From Rhina ancylostomus (taxonomy: Eukaryota), in NCBI GenBank assembly GCA_030265395.1, contig JARFYF010000001.1, forward strand, positions 112,948,622-113,012,621: 64,000 bases of DNA, written 5' to 3'. A program made the translations under genes and the position numbers. The notes beneath the pieces were generated by a model that did not search any database, was not told where the DNA came from, and saw only the letters and a list, made by a program, of their open reading frames with translations. Below are positions 13,079-25,442 of the stretch, in pieces (position 1 is the stretch's first letter; every line of letters starts with the position of its first letter).

Positions 13079-13425
13079 TGTAGCGACTAGCTACACTGAN
13101 NNNNNNNNNNNNNNNNNNNNNNNNNNNNNNNNNNNNNNNNNNNNNNNNNNNNNNNNNNNNNNNNNNNNNNNNNNNNNNNNNNNNNNNNNNNNNNNNNNNG
13201 ACACGGGACACTTGTTTGGAGTCCAAGAGTTGAATGAACAACTGGGGTGCGCTGCCCCTTTAATAAACACCGTTCCTGTGCTGATGTCACGCGCAGGTCA
13301 CGTGACCTTCCCACGCGTGGGCTCCACTAGCCCACAAAGAAGGAGTACCCCGCGCCATCTTGTGTCAGGGCCTCCGACAACGCTCGCGATCGTGGGAGCC
13401 AGTTCATGAAAGGTAAGTCGCCACA
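13079..13425 (-). mobile_element. Solo LTR, Gypsy-like, CpG-rich (contains a 100-N gap)
   Basis: Termini TGTAGCGACT...AGTCGCCACA (TG..CA, 9/10 inverted match); flanks AGCA/AGCC fit an imperfect 4-bp TSD; internal TATA-like and YY1 motifs. Confidence 0.75.
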
Positions 13426-13982
13426 AGCCTCTCTTTTCTATCCACTTATCACTTTCCATCCAGGTGCTTAGTAGCATGATATAGTCATACCTGCAGCCTC
13501 CAATAAGAGAACATGGTAAAATGGCATGGGTGCACATGCACTTCATCCAGATGCAAGCAACCATGTACATACGCACGTACAGATATTCTCACATCTTTCT
13601 CTTATCTGCCACAGCTCCATTAACCAAGATCTAGGTACCATTTGCAATTCTGAGATTCAGATACTATTGAAGAGACATGCATATGGTTAATACCTATCCA
13701 GGTAAAACAGCCGAAGTAAAAAAAATTAAGATAGAAAGAGTTAAACATTTTCTTTTATCTTTACTTTCCACCATTAATCACTTGCCGGTTTTCTTGAGGT
13801 TTAGTGATGATATTCCAATTTACTTTGATCATTTGGCATCTATTTTGTACCTTACTATATTCCAATTGGTGTTAAAAGTAAAAATTAACATTCACCCTAC
13901 CAGTTATTTAAACCAGCAAGAATTCTCAGTGCCATGATGAGCATCTCCAGCATTTTCTGTTTTCATCAACACTTTTCAGTGA

Positions 13983-14430
13983 TTGCACTGGACAGGGCAC
14001 AAGAGATTTCCAAGGATGCTGCCAGGACTAGAAAGTACACAAAAAGCAAGGCTTTGTGATATAAAGAACATTAGCAACTTCATCCCCTACCTTACATACC
14101 AGTTAGCATTTAAATTACTAGCTTTGAGGAAAATCTGGAGGAACTGGAATTGTTCTTTCTGGACTAGAGGAGGCTTGAATAAAGCCTTAATTTTAAAAAA
14201 ATCACAATAGCGAGCACATATTTTCTACAGTGCAAAATTCAAAGACCAGGTGGTATAGATTTAAAGTAAATTATCAGAATGAGAGGAGAGATGAAGAAAA
14301 CTTTTTCCACCCAGAGGGTGGTAGGAGTCTGGAAATCACTGCCTGAAAGGGTCTCAGAGGCAGAGGCCTCATCATTAGACTGGTATCTTTTTCAATTGTT
14401 ATTAACATAATGGGCCAAATGGCCTCCTGC
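13983..14430 (+). mobile_element. CR1 LINE 3' remnant
   Basis: KRFPRMLPGLES and TTTTTCCACCCAGAGGGTGGTAGGAGTCTGGAA (FTQRVVGVW-like) motifs, plus GGGCCAAATGGCCTCC tail. Confidence 0.7.
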
Positions 14431-14783
14431 TGTCACAATGTTGATTGAGAGCAAGCTCACAGAGAACCCAAATGCAGCACACCAATACAAGACTGGAGTC
14501 AGGATANNNNNNNNNNNNNNNNNNNNNNNNNNNNNNNNNNNNNNNNNNNNNNNNNNNNNNNNNNNNNNNNNNNNNNNNNNNNNNNNNNNNNNNNNNNNNN
14601 NNNNNNCTAAGCAACTGGAACCAAAGTATACCTAAAGGTAGACCAATACTCTGGCAACTAGTGCCAGAGAAACACGGGTTCTTCTGCTAGGCCCCTGATG
14701 AGGCTCAGGTGTGTATTGTTATCTAATCAGTCTAGCATGGAATCCATGTGCCAAATTGAGGGCCAGAACTCAGAACCATGACA
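14431..14783 (-). mobile_element. Solo LTR family A, copy 1 (gap inside)
   Basis: TGTCA...TGACA termini; perfect 5-bp TSD CCTGC (14426-30 and 14784-88); homologous to 54049-54456. Confidence 0.88.
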
Positions 14784-15744
14784 CCTGCAGCTTAGATTTC
14801 CTACAATTCCATGTTATATAACATAACACTATTGTTGCTAGGAAGAAGATTGTTCTCTGACTCTCCAGGCACGAAAGTGTGAACCTCCATACATTTTATC
14901 TATCACACTTGCTCTATCACCCTGAGTGGCTCAAACATCTGTGGAACACTTGCCTGAAATTCTGCATTTATAATGCAGTGACAAATCACCATGAGTATTC
15001 AACGTAAGAATCGACACAGGATACAACTAAGATTGAAAGGCACAACCAATGAAACTGATACAAATTCTTTACAAAAAGTCTTATAATTGTTATCAGCGAT
15101 ATGTATATCGTAAGATAGAATAAACAAGCAAAGTTCTAAACCTGCCCATAAAATTTACTCCGTTAAAAATGTCTTTCCACCAGAGTTGAGGTTTGAATTT
15201 GGCTGCGACTGCTCACCTACTGACACAATCCTGACCAGCATCAGAAAAGATTAGTCGTCTTAAAAAATCATGTTTGTGGGGAAGTACGCCCCAAATTTGG
15301 GGTAGGTAAAAGTGAAGAACCTCCTGACCTTCCTGCTCTGTGTGGTCCAATGGTACATTTCAAACAATGCCACTTGTTCTAATTCTTTGCCAGCTGTCTG
15401 AGACATCTGCAGCTATATGGTAGATACCATTGTCACTTCATGTTGGATTGATCATCCACTCTGAGCTTCTTGGCCATGTTTTCCCTTCAGTTGCTGTCAG
15501 GGATATTATTTTCCATCATCTAATTTGGGGGGTTGGGGAAGGGAGGGAAACAAGCATTTATTGCCCGTCCCTAATTGTCCTCACAAAGATGGTGGTGAAT
15601 GGCTTTGTTGAACTGCTGCAGTCCTAGTGACTTCATTCTTACAGTCCTAATGGTAATGAGCAGGTAGTTCATGACTTTCGATGTGCTAATGACAAAGGAC
15701 CAGTGATATATTTCCAAATCACAAAGATGAGCACATAGTCACAC

Positions 15745-16470
15745 ATGGGGATGTTTGCTGATGATTACACAATGTCCAATCCCATTTGCAACTTATTAGC
15801 AAAAGTAGCAGTCCCTGCCTGCATCCAACAAAACCAAGACAACATTAAGGCATAGACTAATAAATAGCAAGTATCACTCGTGCTTCAAAAGTGCATGGCA
15901 ATGTTCATCTCCCACAACAGATGGTCCAGACACCACCCTTGACATTGAATGGGATTACCAACAGCAAGTTTCAACCATTAATATCCCAGGTGTCTTCGAC
16001 CAAAAACAACCAGACCGTCTGCATAAATATCAGGACGACAAGAATAGGTCAGATGCTGGGAGGATGAGGTCACCAGCTGGCACCCTAAAGTTTCCCACTT
16101 TCTCCAAGGCACAAATCAGATTTCCACTTGTCCAGATGAATGCAGCTCCAACAGTTCAAGCANNNNNNNNNNNNNNNNNNNNNNNNNNNNNNNNNNNNNN
16201 NNNNNNNNNNNNNNNNNNNNNNNNNNNNNNNNNNNNNNNNNNNNNNNNNNNNNNNNNNNNNNCATCTAGGACAAAGCAGTCTGCTTGATTGGCATCCTAC
16301 TAACCATTCCATATATTCATTCCCAATTCTATTGTCACATAGGGGCAATTATAAGCCTAAGCTACTCTGACAGCTCCTTGAAAACTTACAACCTCTACCA
16401 CCGACAAGGATAAGGGAAGCAAGTGCATGGCAACACAAGCAGCAGAAGATTCCCCTTTAAGACTCCAATC
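15745..16470 (+). mobile_element. CR1/L2-clade LINE RT remnant (second family)
   Basis: ATGTTTGCTGATGAT (MFADD) followed by degenerate RT C-terminal sequence; related to 57150-57925. Confidence 0.6.
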
Positions 16471-19400
16471 AGTGGTGTGTTCCCCTTGATGCCCATTGAC
16501 TTTAATTTTACCAAGGCTCCTTAATGCCATACTTCAAATTCTGCCTTGACATCACGTCAGCTTGGGTTTTCAGCTCTCTGGTCCACAATTGAGAAGGTCT
16601 GACCCAAGTAGCCCTGACAAAACTCAAACTGGGCATCAATAAGCAGATTTTTGGTGAGCAAATGATGCTGGATAACACTGGTGACAACAGCTTCCGTGGC
16701 TTTGGTAATTACTAAGTAGACCAATTGAGCAGTAATGAGCTGAGTTTTATGACCAGGATGTACCAGAGCAATTTTCTATATTGTGAAAGCACATGCCAGT
16801 GTTTTAACTCTACTGCATCCCAAGCCCCCAAACATATTGTTCGTCACCATTCCCTCCCCCCAACTCTTTTCCTTCAGCCCCACAATTTTGAAGTTAGGTG
16901 TCTAAGGCTGTAAAAGCAGAGAATGAATGCAATGTGGGTTCCTTCACCATCCCATGATCCAAAATGCACCCCATGCAGGTCACACTGGAATCCTGCCCCT
17001 TCCACCACCACCGATGCTGACAGTCACTGCAAAATGTATTGGATCAGGGGCAATCCAGTCAGAGATTTGGATCATTCATGTTTTCCATTAAGCTCATGCA
17101 CCACCTTTGTAAACATTCAGTCCAGCAACCTGGGCATGGAAGGCCCTGAGTAACCACGCCTTTTCTTCCAACTGATATTCAACTGATGAGTTGAGAGTCA
17201 CTAAGTTAGAAACAAGCACAGGGTTTTATTCCAAANNNNNNNNNNNNNNNNNNNNNNNNNNNNNNNNNNNNNNNNNNNNNNNNNNNNNNNNNNNNNNNNN
17301 NNNNNNNNNNNNNNNNNNNNNNNNNNNNNNNNNNNCCAAATCAAAGTCTCTACCATTTTGTTCCAGCTGCTTGTTTTAAAGAATTTATCATGATAACTGT
17401 GGTCTGCACTCTCAGATATTCCCTCTGTTTTCTTCCTCTACTCCTCAGTACAGCTTAAAATACATGTACTCTTTTGCTTTTCCATTTCTGAAAGGGTTTC
17501 TCACCCTACTGATAGTGCCTGACCAGCTGAATACTTCCAACATTTTGTTTCTTTTGGATTTCTAGCATCTGCAGTTTAATGCTCTAAGGTTTTATTACCT
17601 TTAAGCAGAAGCCAAGGATTTCTAAATATCGAGTTCATATTTGACAATGGGGATCATCCACAATTTTCCTTCTACAGATTCTCTGGTTGCTAGGTTACTT
17701 CAGAGGCATTCGTTCCAAACTTTGTAATATGTTGACAGCCCTAGTAAAGTTGCATGCTTCCTTCCCGAAAGTGTGAAACAGTTGGAGACAATATGACAGC
17801 TTTTATTTCTTTTACAGTTCCAGATTTCCTTTTAGAACAATCAAGTCAGGGCAGACTTTAAACCACATTCCTCATAAGTTTTATTAAAATCAATCACTAA
17901 TGGCTTCCTTCAATCACAAAACTGATTTTTCTTCTGAAATGCATTGTGTAGTGGTTAGGGGCATTGAGTGCCCTTTTAATTATACCAAATCACCATTAAT
18001 TACACCAAAGAAATCAGTTTTGGGCACAGTTGTAAACAGTCCCATGAAGCAGCATGCATGCAGTCAGATCCTGATTAGATGTCTGGAGAAGGTAACTCTA
18101 CTTTCTCTGAATTAAGATGTGTAGTCTAACATAGCTAACCTCAACAGCCGATAGAAGTGGTTTATATTTGCCCCAAGAAAAATAACTGTTTCTTACGTGT
18201 CACTGACGCAGTCACTTGTCACTCAGCATTAAGTAAATCATTCTCTTGCATTGACACAAGCGTTTTTTGGTGAACTGTCATAGATTATGTTCCCCCTCTA
18301 GACATATTTAAAGGTCCTTATAAATTGTGCTGAACAATTTCTTTTTATTAATGATGAATTTTATGATTAAAAGCAAGATAATTAGGAACAAAAACAAACC
18401 TTTCAAAAATTAAAAATGGTGTGTCCGATATTCTGAAAAGATGCATCTCTAAGGTATGTAAAAGAAACACAAAATTTGTTTTTCCATTTGATCCTACAAT
18501 GTTCTTCACTGGAGTTTTCAGTTACAAGGACAGTCTTCAGCAATAGAAATGGAATGAGACCGGATGCTAAATCCAAACAGCACCAGAAAGCAATTTACGT
18601 CAGGACCAAAAGGATTCACCCTGGGGTTTCAGACTAACAGTTGATGTACTTGAATATCTCTTGCCATCAGTTAGCTATATTTATTTTGACAAAAATATTT
18701 GTTCTGACAAAAACAGTTATTTCAAAATGAGAATTTTAATCATTCTATTCTGATCACTAGCCTGATTACCTAGGTCCATGTGTCCTAATAACTTAATAAG
18801 TATTAATATTGACTAAGGAAGACATTGCATAGAGGCAAACGTGACATCATGACATTTTTATTCAATGTCAAACTGCTTTAGAAAGAGAACACTTGTCACT
18901 TCAAATTACATGCAAAAGACCTCACTTAAGATTAAAATTGAGGGGTAAATACTACCAAAGATATTTGCCAAGTATAAAAGCATTTTGAATACAGCATTTA
19001 AAAAGCACAATACAAATTTCACACCTAATTGAAAACCTTTAAAAACCTTCAGTATTTGCTATCCTCAAATAATTCACCCAATGTTGAGATGACATCTTGA
19101 AGATAGCAACCTTACTTTTCTATATAATCAGTACTGTATTAACAGCAATTAATACATTGCCACATATTTCAAACTAACTGCAGTAATGAAAACCTTCCCC
19201 ATTATTGCAGATGAACCCATAACTGCAGTTTGTTGCTGCACAGCCTTCAAGATTGACCTACATGGCTGCACAGGCATCTCCGTTCCTCAGATATCCTCTC
19301 TTGATTAGTGCTAACTTGAGCCCCATAATTCTGAAGACAGACATTCTTCCCATCTGGCAGAAGGTGTTATGTTTTTACCTCTCTCTTTTTCTTCACACAT

Positions 19401-19569
19401 ATACCACCTAATCAACAGTCCCAGAAACAAGTTTCTCAGCAAATGCTTTCTGAGAAAGCAGATGAGGCAGGCAAATCTTGGGACAGTAGAAAGAATTCTA
19501 ACTCCAGAAACACTCACTGGCCATGTTCTCAGTATCAACATCAAACTGTTTTAAAGGGCAGCAGAATCC

Positions 19570-19910
19570 TGCAGCAAATAGTGCCATTGCTTCACAGCAC
19601 CAGACACTTGGGCCAACCCTAACCTTTGTACAAAATCTATACAGACAGCATCCATCTCCCTGCAACTATACTGGTTTCCTCCAGGTGCTCTAGTTTCCTC
19701 CTACATTCCAAAGATGTGGGGTTTGGTGGATTAAATGGCCAATGTAAATTGCCCTTTGTACTTAATGAGTGGTAGTGGTAGATGAGAATGTGGAGAGAAT
19801 AAAAAATGGGATTAAATGTAGAATTTGTATAAATGGGTGGTCAATGTCTGCACAGACATAGTAGGATGAAGGGCCTTCTGTTTGTGCTCTCTCTTTATGA
19901 TACAATGACT
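19570..19910 (+). mobile_element. tRNA-derived V-SINE
   Basis: Central GGTTTCCTCCAGGTGCTCTAGTTTCCTCCTACATTCCAAAGA V-domain-like block and a CR1-derived GAAGGGCCT tail. Confidence 0.7.
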
Positions 19911-22900
19911 TATCAATTCAAATCAAATGCAACAGAACTCATTTAAATATCATCCATTACCACAACCCACTTGTATAATACCACCTCCTTGAAGGAGATA
20001 CTATTTTTCTCATCTTCTACATCAGATTATCATGAATCAGCAGTAAAGGAATGCACAACTTATTTGGTACATTCCCTGCAATAGGTCACAATAGGGAACC
20101 TTTGAGCTGTTATTGAAGTCACCTAGAATGTTCTAGCTAAATACACATCATTAAAGAAAGTCGAAATGCACATTTTTCAATTCACATCCTCCATTTAAAA
20201 ACCTATGCTTATTTTTTTAAGTTTTAGGTAGATTTATTTAAATGGATTTATGCAAATGGATTTATACATGCATAACTATAGGTGGTCAAAGAAATATTTG
20301 AAGGACACAGTGCCTGCACAAATATGAAATGGGCCTTTTGGTTGTAATACTAAATCCTGGAAGTACAAACTGATAAAAATAAATATTTCCTGGTGTAATT
20401 AAATTATCAGTTAGGAGATCAGACCAAGATCAAAGGAAGTGACTAGTGTGGTGAAGAGGACAAACTTGGGAAAACTGGGTATTTCCAGCGGCAGGGTATA
20501 ATCAGATTACAACATGACATTAGGAAGAGCAGTCATGTTGGGTGTTTTTATTTCCTCAGAGTTAGAACAATTTAAGTTTTCCTCAATTGGCCGCAAGTTT
20601 GTTTTTCAAAAACTCTCCGAAGCTAATATAGAGTACAAAGTTACATCCACTGAATGAGAATTAAAATTGAAGAATACTCTTGTCTTCATTTGAAATGTTT
20701 ACTTATTTTAGTGAGAAGAGGCACTTCTGTACAGTTATATACATAAAAATACATTTGCTTCATAATGATGCCAAGTAGTTAGAAATAAAGAATTACCCAG
20801 TACCATTCCATATTTTGGCACTAGGTCCATAGCCCTCCAGGTCACTGCTTTTCAAGTACACATGCAAAAGTTTTTTTAAATGTGATGAGGATTTCCTTGA
20901 CTTCCTCCAATAGCCAGTATCTAACTGTGGAAATTCAGTATGTCATGTACAAGGCAAAAAAGTAGGGGCAGCTTCAATTTGAAGCCAATTAGATCAATCC
21001 ACACCAAAGCAGCAGCATTAGGAGAGATGACATGTGAGAGGCTCTAAGGGTGGGCTTGAGATAGAAAAGGAAATGATCCAAGATGAGAATTTCAAAGCTA
21101 TCTGATAGGACAGCTCAAGCACCACCACCACCAAATGGGGGTGGGGAGAAGCGTAGAGTCTGAGACTGGAATTTACATTGGTTGGTTCAAATCACTCATC
21201 ATCAATGAGAATCATAAACTGAACACTCGGTGGACAAGGAACTGCTGGGGACCAACTGGCAAAGGAATAGCATTTGAATAGGACAATGTGAAATAACTTA
21301 TAGACAGTAGTTTTAGCTGAGATTGTTTTACAGAAGGCAAGGATACCATGGGAATCAAGTCTAAAAGGTTACGTAAAAATATTTTAAGATTTCAACAGCA
21401 GGTTGGAAATAAGTTTACTGCATGTGAAAGTATGAGATCATTATGATTTACAGCATTTGGGATCGAAGTGATCCAGATTCCAAATAACCTTTAGTCCATG
21501 AGTGGCTAGGTGTACTTAATGGTAAGAGCGCAGTTGTTATCTTGTTTTCAGCCTTGCTCGCCCCAAGGAAATAACTTCAACTCTCAGGCTCAAGACTAGT
21601 GGCATGCCCTTCCATCTCAACAGAGTCATATCACATGTACATTCACTGCTTCATGAGCACTTTCAGCAGGAATCACTGAATGACAAAAACAAGTGTGTGC
21701 AAACTATCTAATAGTCTTTTCACCACTAGTAAGTAGCAAAAAGAACTTTTGCACCACCTAACTTTATTTCCAAGGCAATATTCTACAGCCTAGGGATTAA
21801 ATCAGCAATTATCCAGATTATGTAGTTCAAATATTCGAGAATGAACTGTATGCCTTCTCAGTAGAACACATTTTACAATATTCCATAAACCTTTGTCCAT
21901 GACATATTTGGAGAACAGGTTCTAATTATACGCCATAACTGGAACTGGAACTGAAAACATTCAACGTTTATCAAAAGCGAAACTTTAGTAAACTACTAGT
22001 AGAGAAATATTTATCCCAGAAATATTTCCAATCAAAACAGCAAAACTACAAGTGAAGATTGTCACAGACGCCAAAGGTGATTAAAGTAATATTTATTAAA
22101 GGACCAGTTCTTTATTGAAGATACAATGCTATTTAGAACCATGTCAAATTCTCATAATGAGAATTTTTTTAACTTTACATTAAGTGCAAAGTTTAATAAT
22201 GCAATGCTCCAGTGCCATCTAGAGAGAGATCTGCACATTGCTCCCACATGCAATATTACCAAGCTATTTCCAAAAGACTAAAAAAAAATTTGGTACAATG
22301 GAACAAGAGTAAACTGTTAATTTTTAGCAATCAACAAATCAGTAATTAACAAGACATTTACCTGCAGTTCAACTTTTTTTTAAATATACATACATAATAT
22401 CTGAGCTGTGGTGCTATGTCCTGTAACTTTGGGAACATAAACACAGCATAGATGACATTTTAAACACCTCAACTCAGTCACCAAAAAAAACTGTTACTCC
22501 AGATCCAGGTGTCACTTCTGTCCTTAGCACGTTGAATTCAAGATTCACAAGAACTAGAGAAACAGCATCCTATCTTGCTACTTAGAATTTTGCAGACCTC
22601 TAGCTTTAATATTAAATATAGTCCTTAATACCAATTTGATTTTCAATTAGATATGCAGTTGATATTTTTATATGCTCCCAGAATGATGCTCCCAGCATGT
22701 TCAGCTTTGCCAGCTTATTTCTATATCATTCTCATCCGGTCCCCTCTAACTCTTCATATACATGCAAAATATCTTTCATCTCACCCTGCTTCCAATTGCC
22801 TCAGTTTAATAGCCTTTGAGCAATTTAAAACTTGTCTTTCCATTCAATACCTTGCAGATCATTCTACCACCTTTCTTAAAGGATGTTCATGCATTGCTCA

Positions 22901-24179
22901 CATCTCCAATGTTGTGTTCCATGTTTTAAAATACTGCTCAGTTGTACTTTCTTCCAATTTTGACAAAAGATCTACACTGGGTGCATTAGTCTGTTCTCTC
23001 CATGGATGCTGGCTGATTTGAAGTAAACTAGGATTCTCTGTCTTTGCAATGCATAACTAGGGAAATTAAATATTGAGCAACAAACAATCTGCTGGAAGAA
23101 CTCAGCGGGTCGAGTGGAATCTGTGGGAGTAAAGTCCTGATACAGGGTTCCGACCTGAAACGTTGACAATTCCTTTCCACCCACAGATGCTGCTTGACCT
23201 GCTGAGTCTGTTGCTCCAGATTCCAGCATCTGCAGTTTCTTGTCTCCAAGCTAAATATTGAATCCATTCTAAAAGATAGAATCCACACTTCCCATCATAA
23301 AACTGTGTAAATTGTTGTTCTCATAGTTCAATTACCTCACATCTGTTACTGAAATTTAAAGAGGCTGCAGCAGTATACAGTAAAGCATGCAAATGGGTGA
23401 ATTGGCTGCAGTCTTAAAAAAATCTGTGGGGCATATGAAGCACATACTGTGGACAGGGAAGCAGGTAGCAAAAACAAAGAAATCAAGGGTGATTTTTACG
23501 TACAAGCTTTAGATTTACCTTGTTCACTTAGCCATATCAAAATATGTTAACAACACAGCTTCTATTCAGGTTTGCCGCAAACAACACTTAATTGTGATTT
23601 CCCTATTTATAATGCAGGCAACTGAAGCTGGTGTGCATTGGTGTTTGACAACATAACATGCTTGAAATCATTTTATAGCCCTTATCAGTTATGCAGCTCA
23701 ATAAAAATCTGGAATTTTGTTTAACAAGTTACTCAAATTTTAATTTTAAAATATTCACTGCTTTATAAATTAAATTAAACTAATACAAATTTACCAGCAG
23801 TATGTGACAGAAAATATAATGGAACATTACTCAGGCTTGTGAAGGTATGGAGATTAACCAAGTTTTGTCTCACCATTTAAAATGTGAAACACTGCATGCA
23901 TAGTCGAAGTGTGGCAACTGTCCAGACACTTTATAAAATTAAGGCACTTGCACTAAACTGCTCCAAGTTTTTTTCTCTCAGACTGTACCTTGAGGTTGCC
24001 TTTTTCTTTACTCTCCTATTGCCACCTGATTACCTTGAAGCTGAGCTTTTAATTGTGATTCACTTTGTTTTTGTTGCTGTGTTGAAGGCTCCTCAGAGGA
24101 CCAGAGGAGAATGAGCACCAAGTGAGCTGGATTTGGCTTGCAGATTGTCTCTTGTTAGTTCTGGTTTCATAAATTTGAA

Positions 24180-24495
24180 AGAAAATCTTACATTTGTACA
24201 ACACCTTTTCTCTCCTTTTCAAAATGCCCTAAAATATTGTACTATCCAGGAAATAATTTTAATGCAGGAAACACAGCTTCCAATTTCCATTACTCACAGA
24301 AAGCTCTGGCACTACGACAATGACCAGATACATCTGTTTATTTTTTAATTATTGTTGCTTGGAGGAGAAATATTGGCCAGGGGACTGGAGATAAACTCCG
24401 TTGCTCGCTTGTGAAGTAGATCCTTGGGGATCTCTTACATCTGTTTCAGAGGGTAGACTGGACCTTGGTTCAATGTGTCATCTGAAAGAAAGCTC
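24180..24495 (-). mobile_element. Deu-domain SINE remnant
   Basis: CCTTGGTTCAATGTGTCATCTGAAAGA and AAATATTGGCCAGG blocks resembling the DeuSINE core; related to 37270-37590 and 56745-57085. Confidence 0.6.
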
Positions 24496-24632
24496 CTCCC
24501 CTTCTTGTTAATTGAGGAAATGCATGTAAAAATGTGGACACGTACTCTTTACTTCAATACTGACTTGTCTAGATATTCAAACATTTTGGTTTGGATTTCA
24601 CATTTATGGAGGCTGTGTCTATAATGAGTATA

Positions 24633-24738
24633 TGTCACAATGTTGATCCAGAGCAAAGTCGCAGAGAACCCAAATGCGGCACACCGATACAAGACTGGAG
24701 TCAGGATACTTCCTCGGGACAAATGCAGGCAGTAACTG
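24633..24738 (-). mobile_element. LTR family A, copy 2 (runs into a gap)
   Basis: Starts TGTCACAATGTTGA and shares GAGAACCCAAATGC...AAGACTGGAGTCAGGATA with copies 1 and 3; the other end is hidden by Ns. Confidence 0.8.
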
Positions 24739-25436
24739 NNNNNNNNNNNNNNNNNNNNNNNNNNNNNNNNNNNNNNNNNNNNNNNNNNNNNNNNNNNNNN
24801 NNNNNNNNNNNNNNNNNNNNNNNNNNNNNNNNNNNNNNTTTCATCTTTCAATATGGCAGCAATTGCAGTAGCTCATGCAATATCAACACTTTGAATCTCT
24901 ATCTCACTGACAGTGCAGGAGGTGCAATTGGCAGGCTATTCAGTTGTCAATAACTTATGATGATTCTTAGTCTGATATTTAAGTTTAAGCATTTTGAAAA
25001 TGACACAACCCAGCTGATTATGCATTTGCATTTTTCTTTAAAAAGAGATGCTGCTTCTCAGAAAGTTATTCTTCCGAGACTAAACAAAGGCCAACTCTGA
25101 ACTTCATAACTGTAAATTGCTTTGGTCCACATGGTTGCAAACGTCATGCTCACACCTCATTAGAAGGCCTTGAGCATGTCATAATATTTTATAATTTCAA
25201 TTGGATTACAAACATCGTGCCAACAGATCATCCAGGTTAATGACAGTACAATTTGCCCACAGTAATCAAGTACAAGATTATTTTTGTGTTTATATTTTTC
25301 CCTAATCAGATTTAAAAAGAGCAGAGCAAAACAAATTATTGGAGGTGGTGGTTTTATATGAATTACTGACAAAAAGAACACCTTACAACCTCAGCACAAA
25401 TAGCTTCAGAAAAAGACAAGTCAACCCAACATTATC

Positions 25437-25442
25437 TTTATT
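25437..25442 (-). terminator. Probable TMX1 poly(A) signal (3'UTR about 1.9 kb)
   Basis: AATAAA on the minus strand, followed by a GU/U-rich tract (GTTGGGTTGACTTGTCTTTTTCTG), at the end of an AU-rich stretch with no recognisable TE downstream of the stop codon. Confidence 0.55.

Noticed and set aside
20510-20540. 9-bp hairpin CAACATGAC/GTCATGTTG (and a similar one at ~62262-62284)
   Set aside because: Stems of this length are expected by chance in 64 kb and have no supporting context.
1-22000. Coding exons of FRMD6 here (or of TRIM9 in 43500-64000), expected from human synteny
   Set aside because: I saw no FERM-domain or RING/B-box coding sequence; non-coding exons cannot be established without transcript data.
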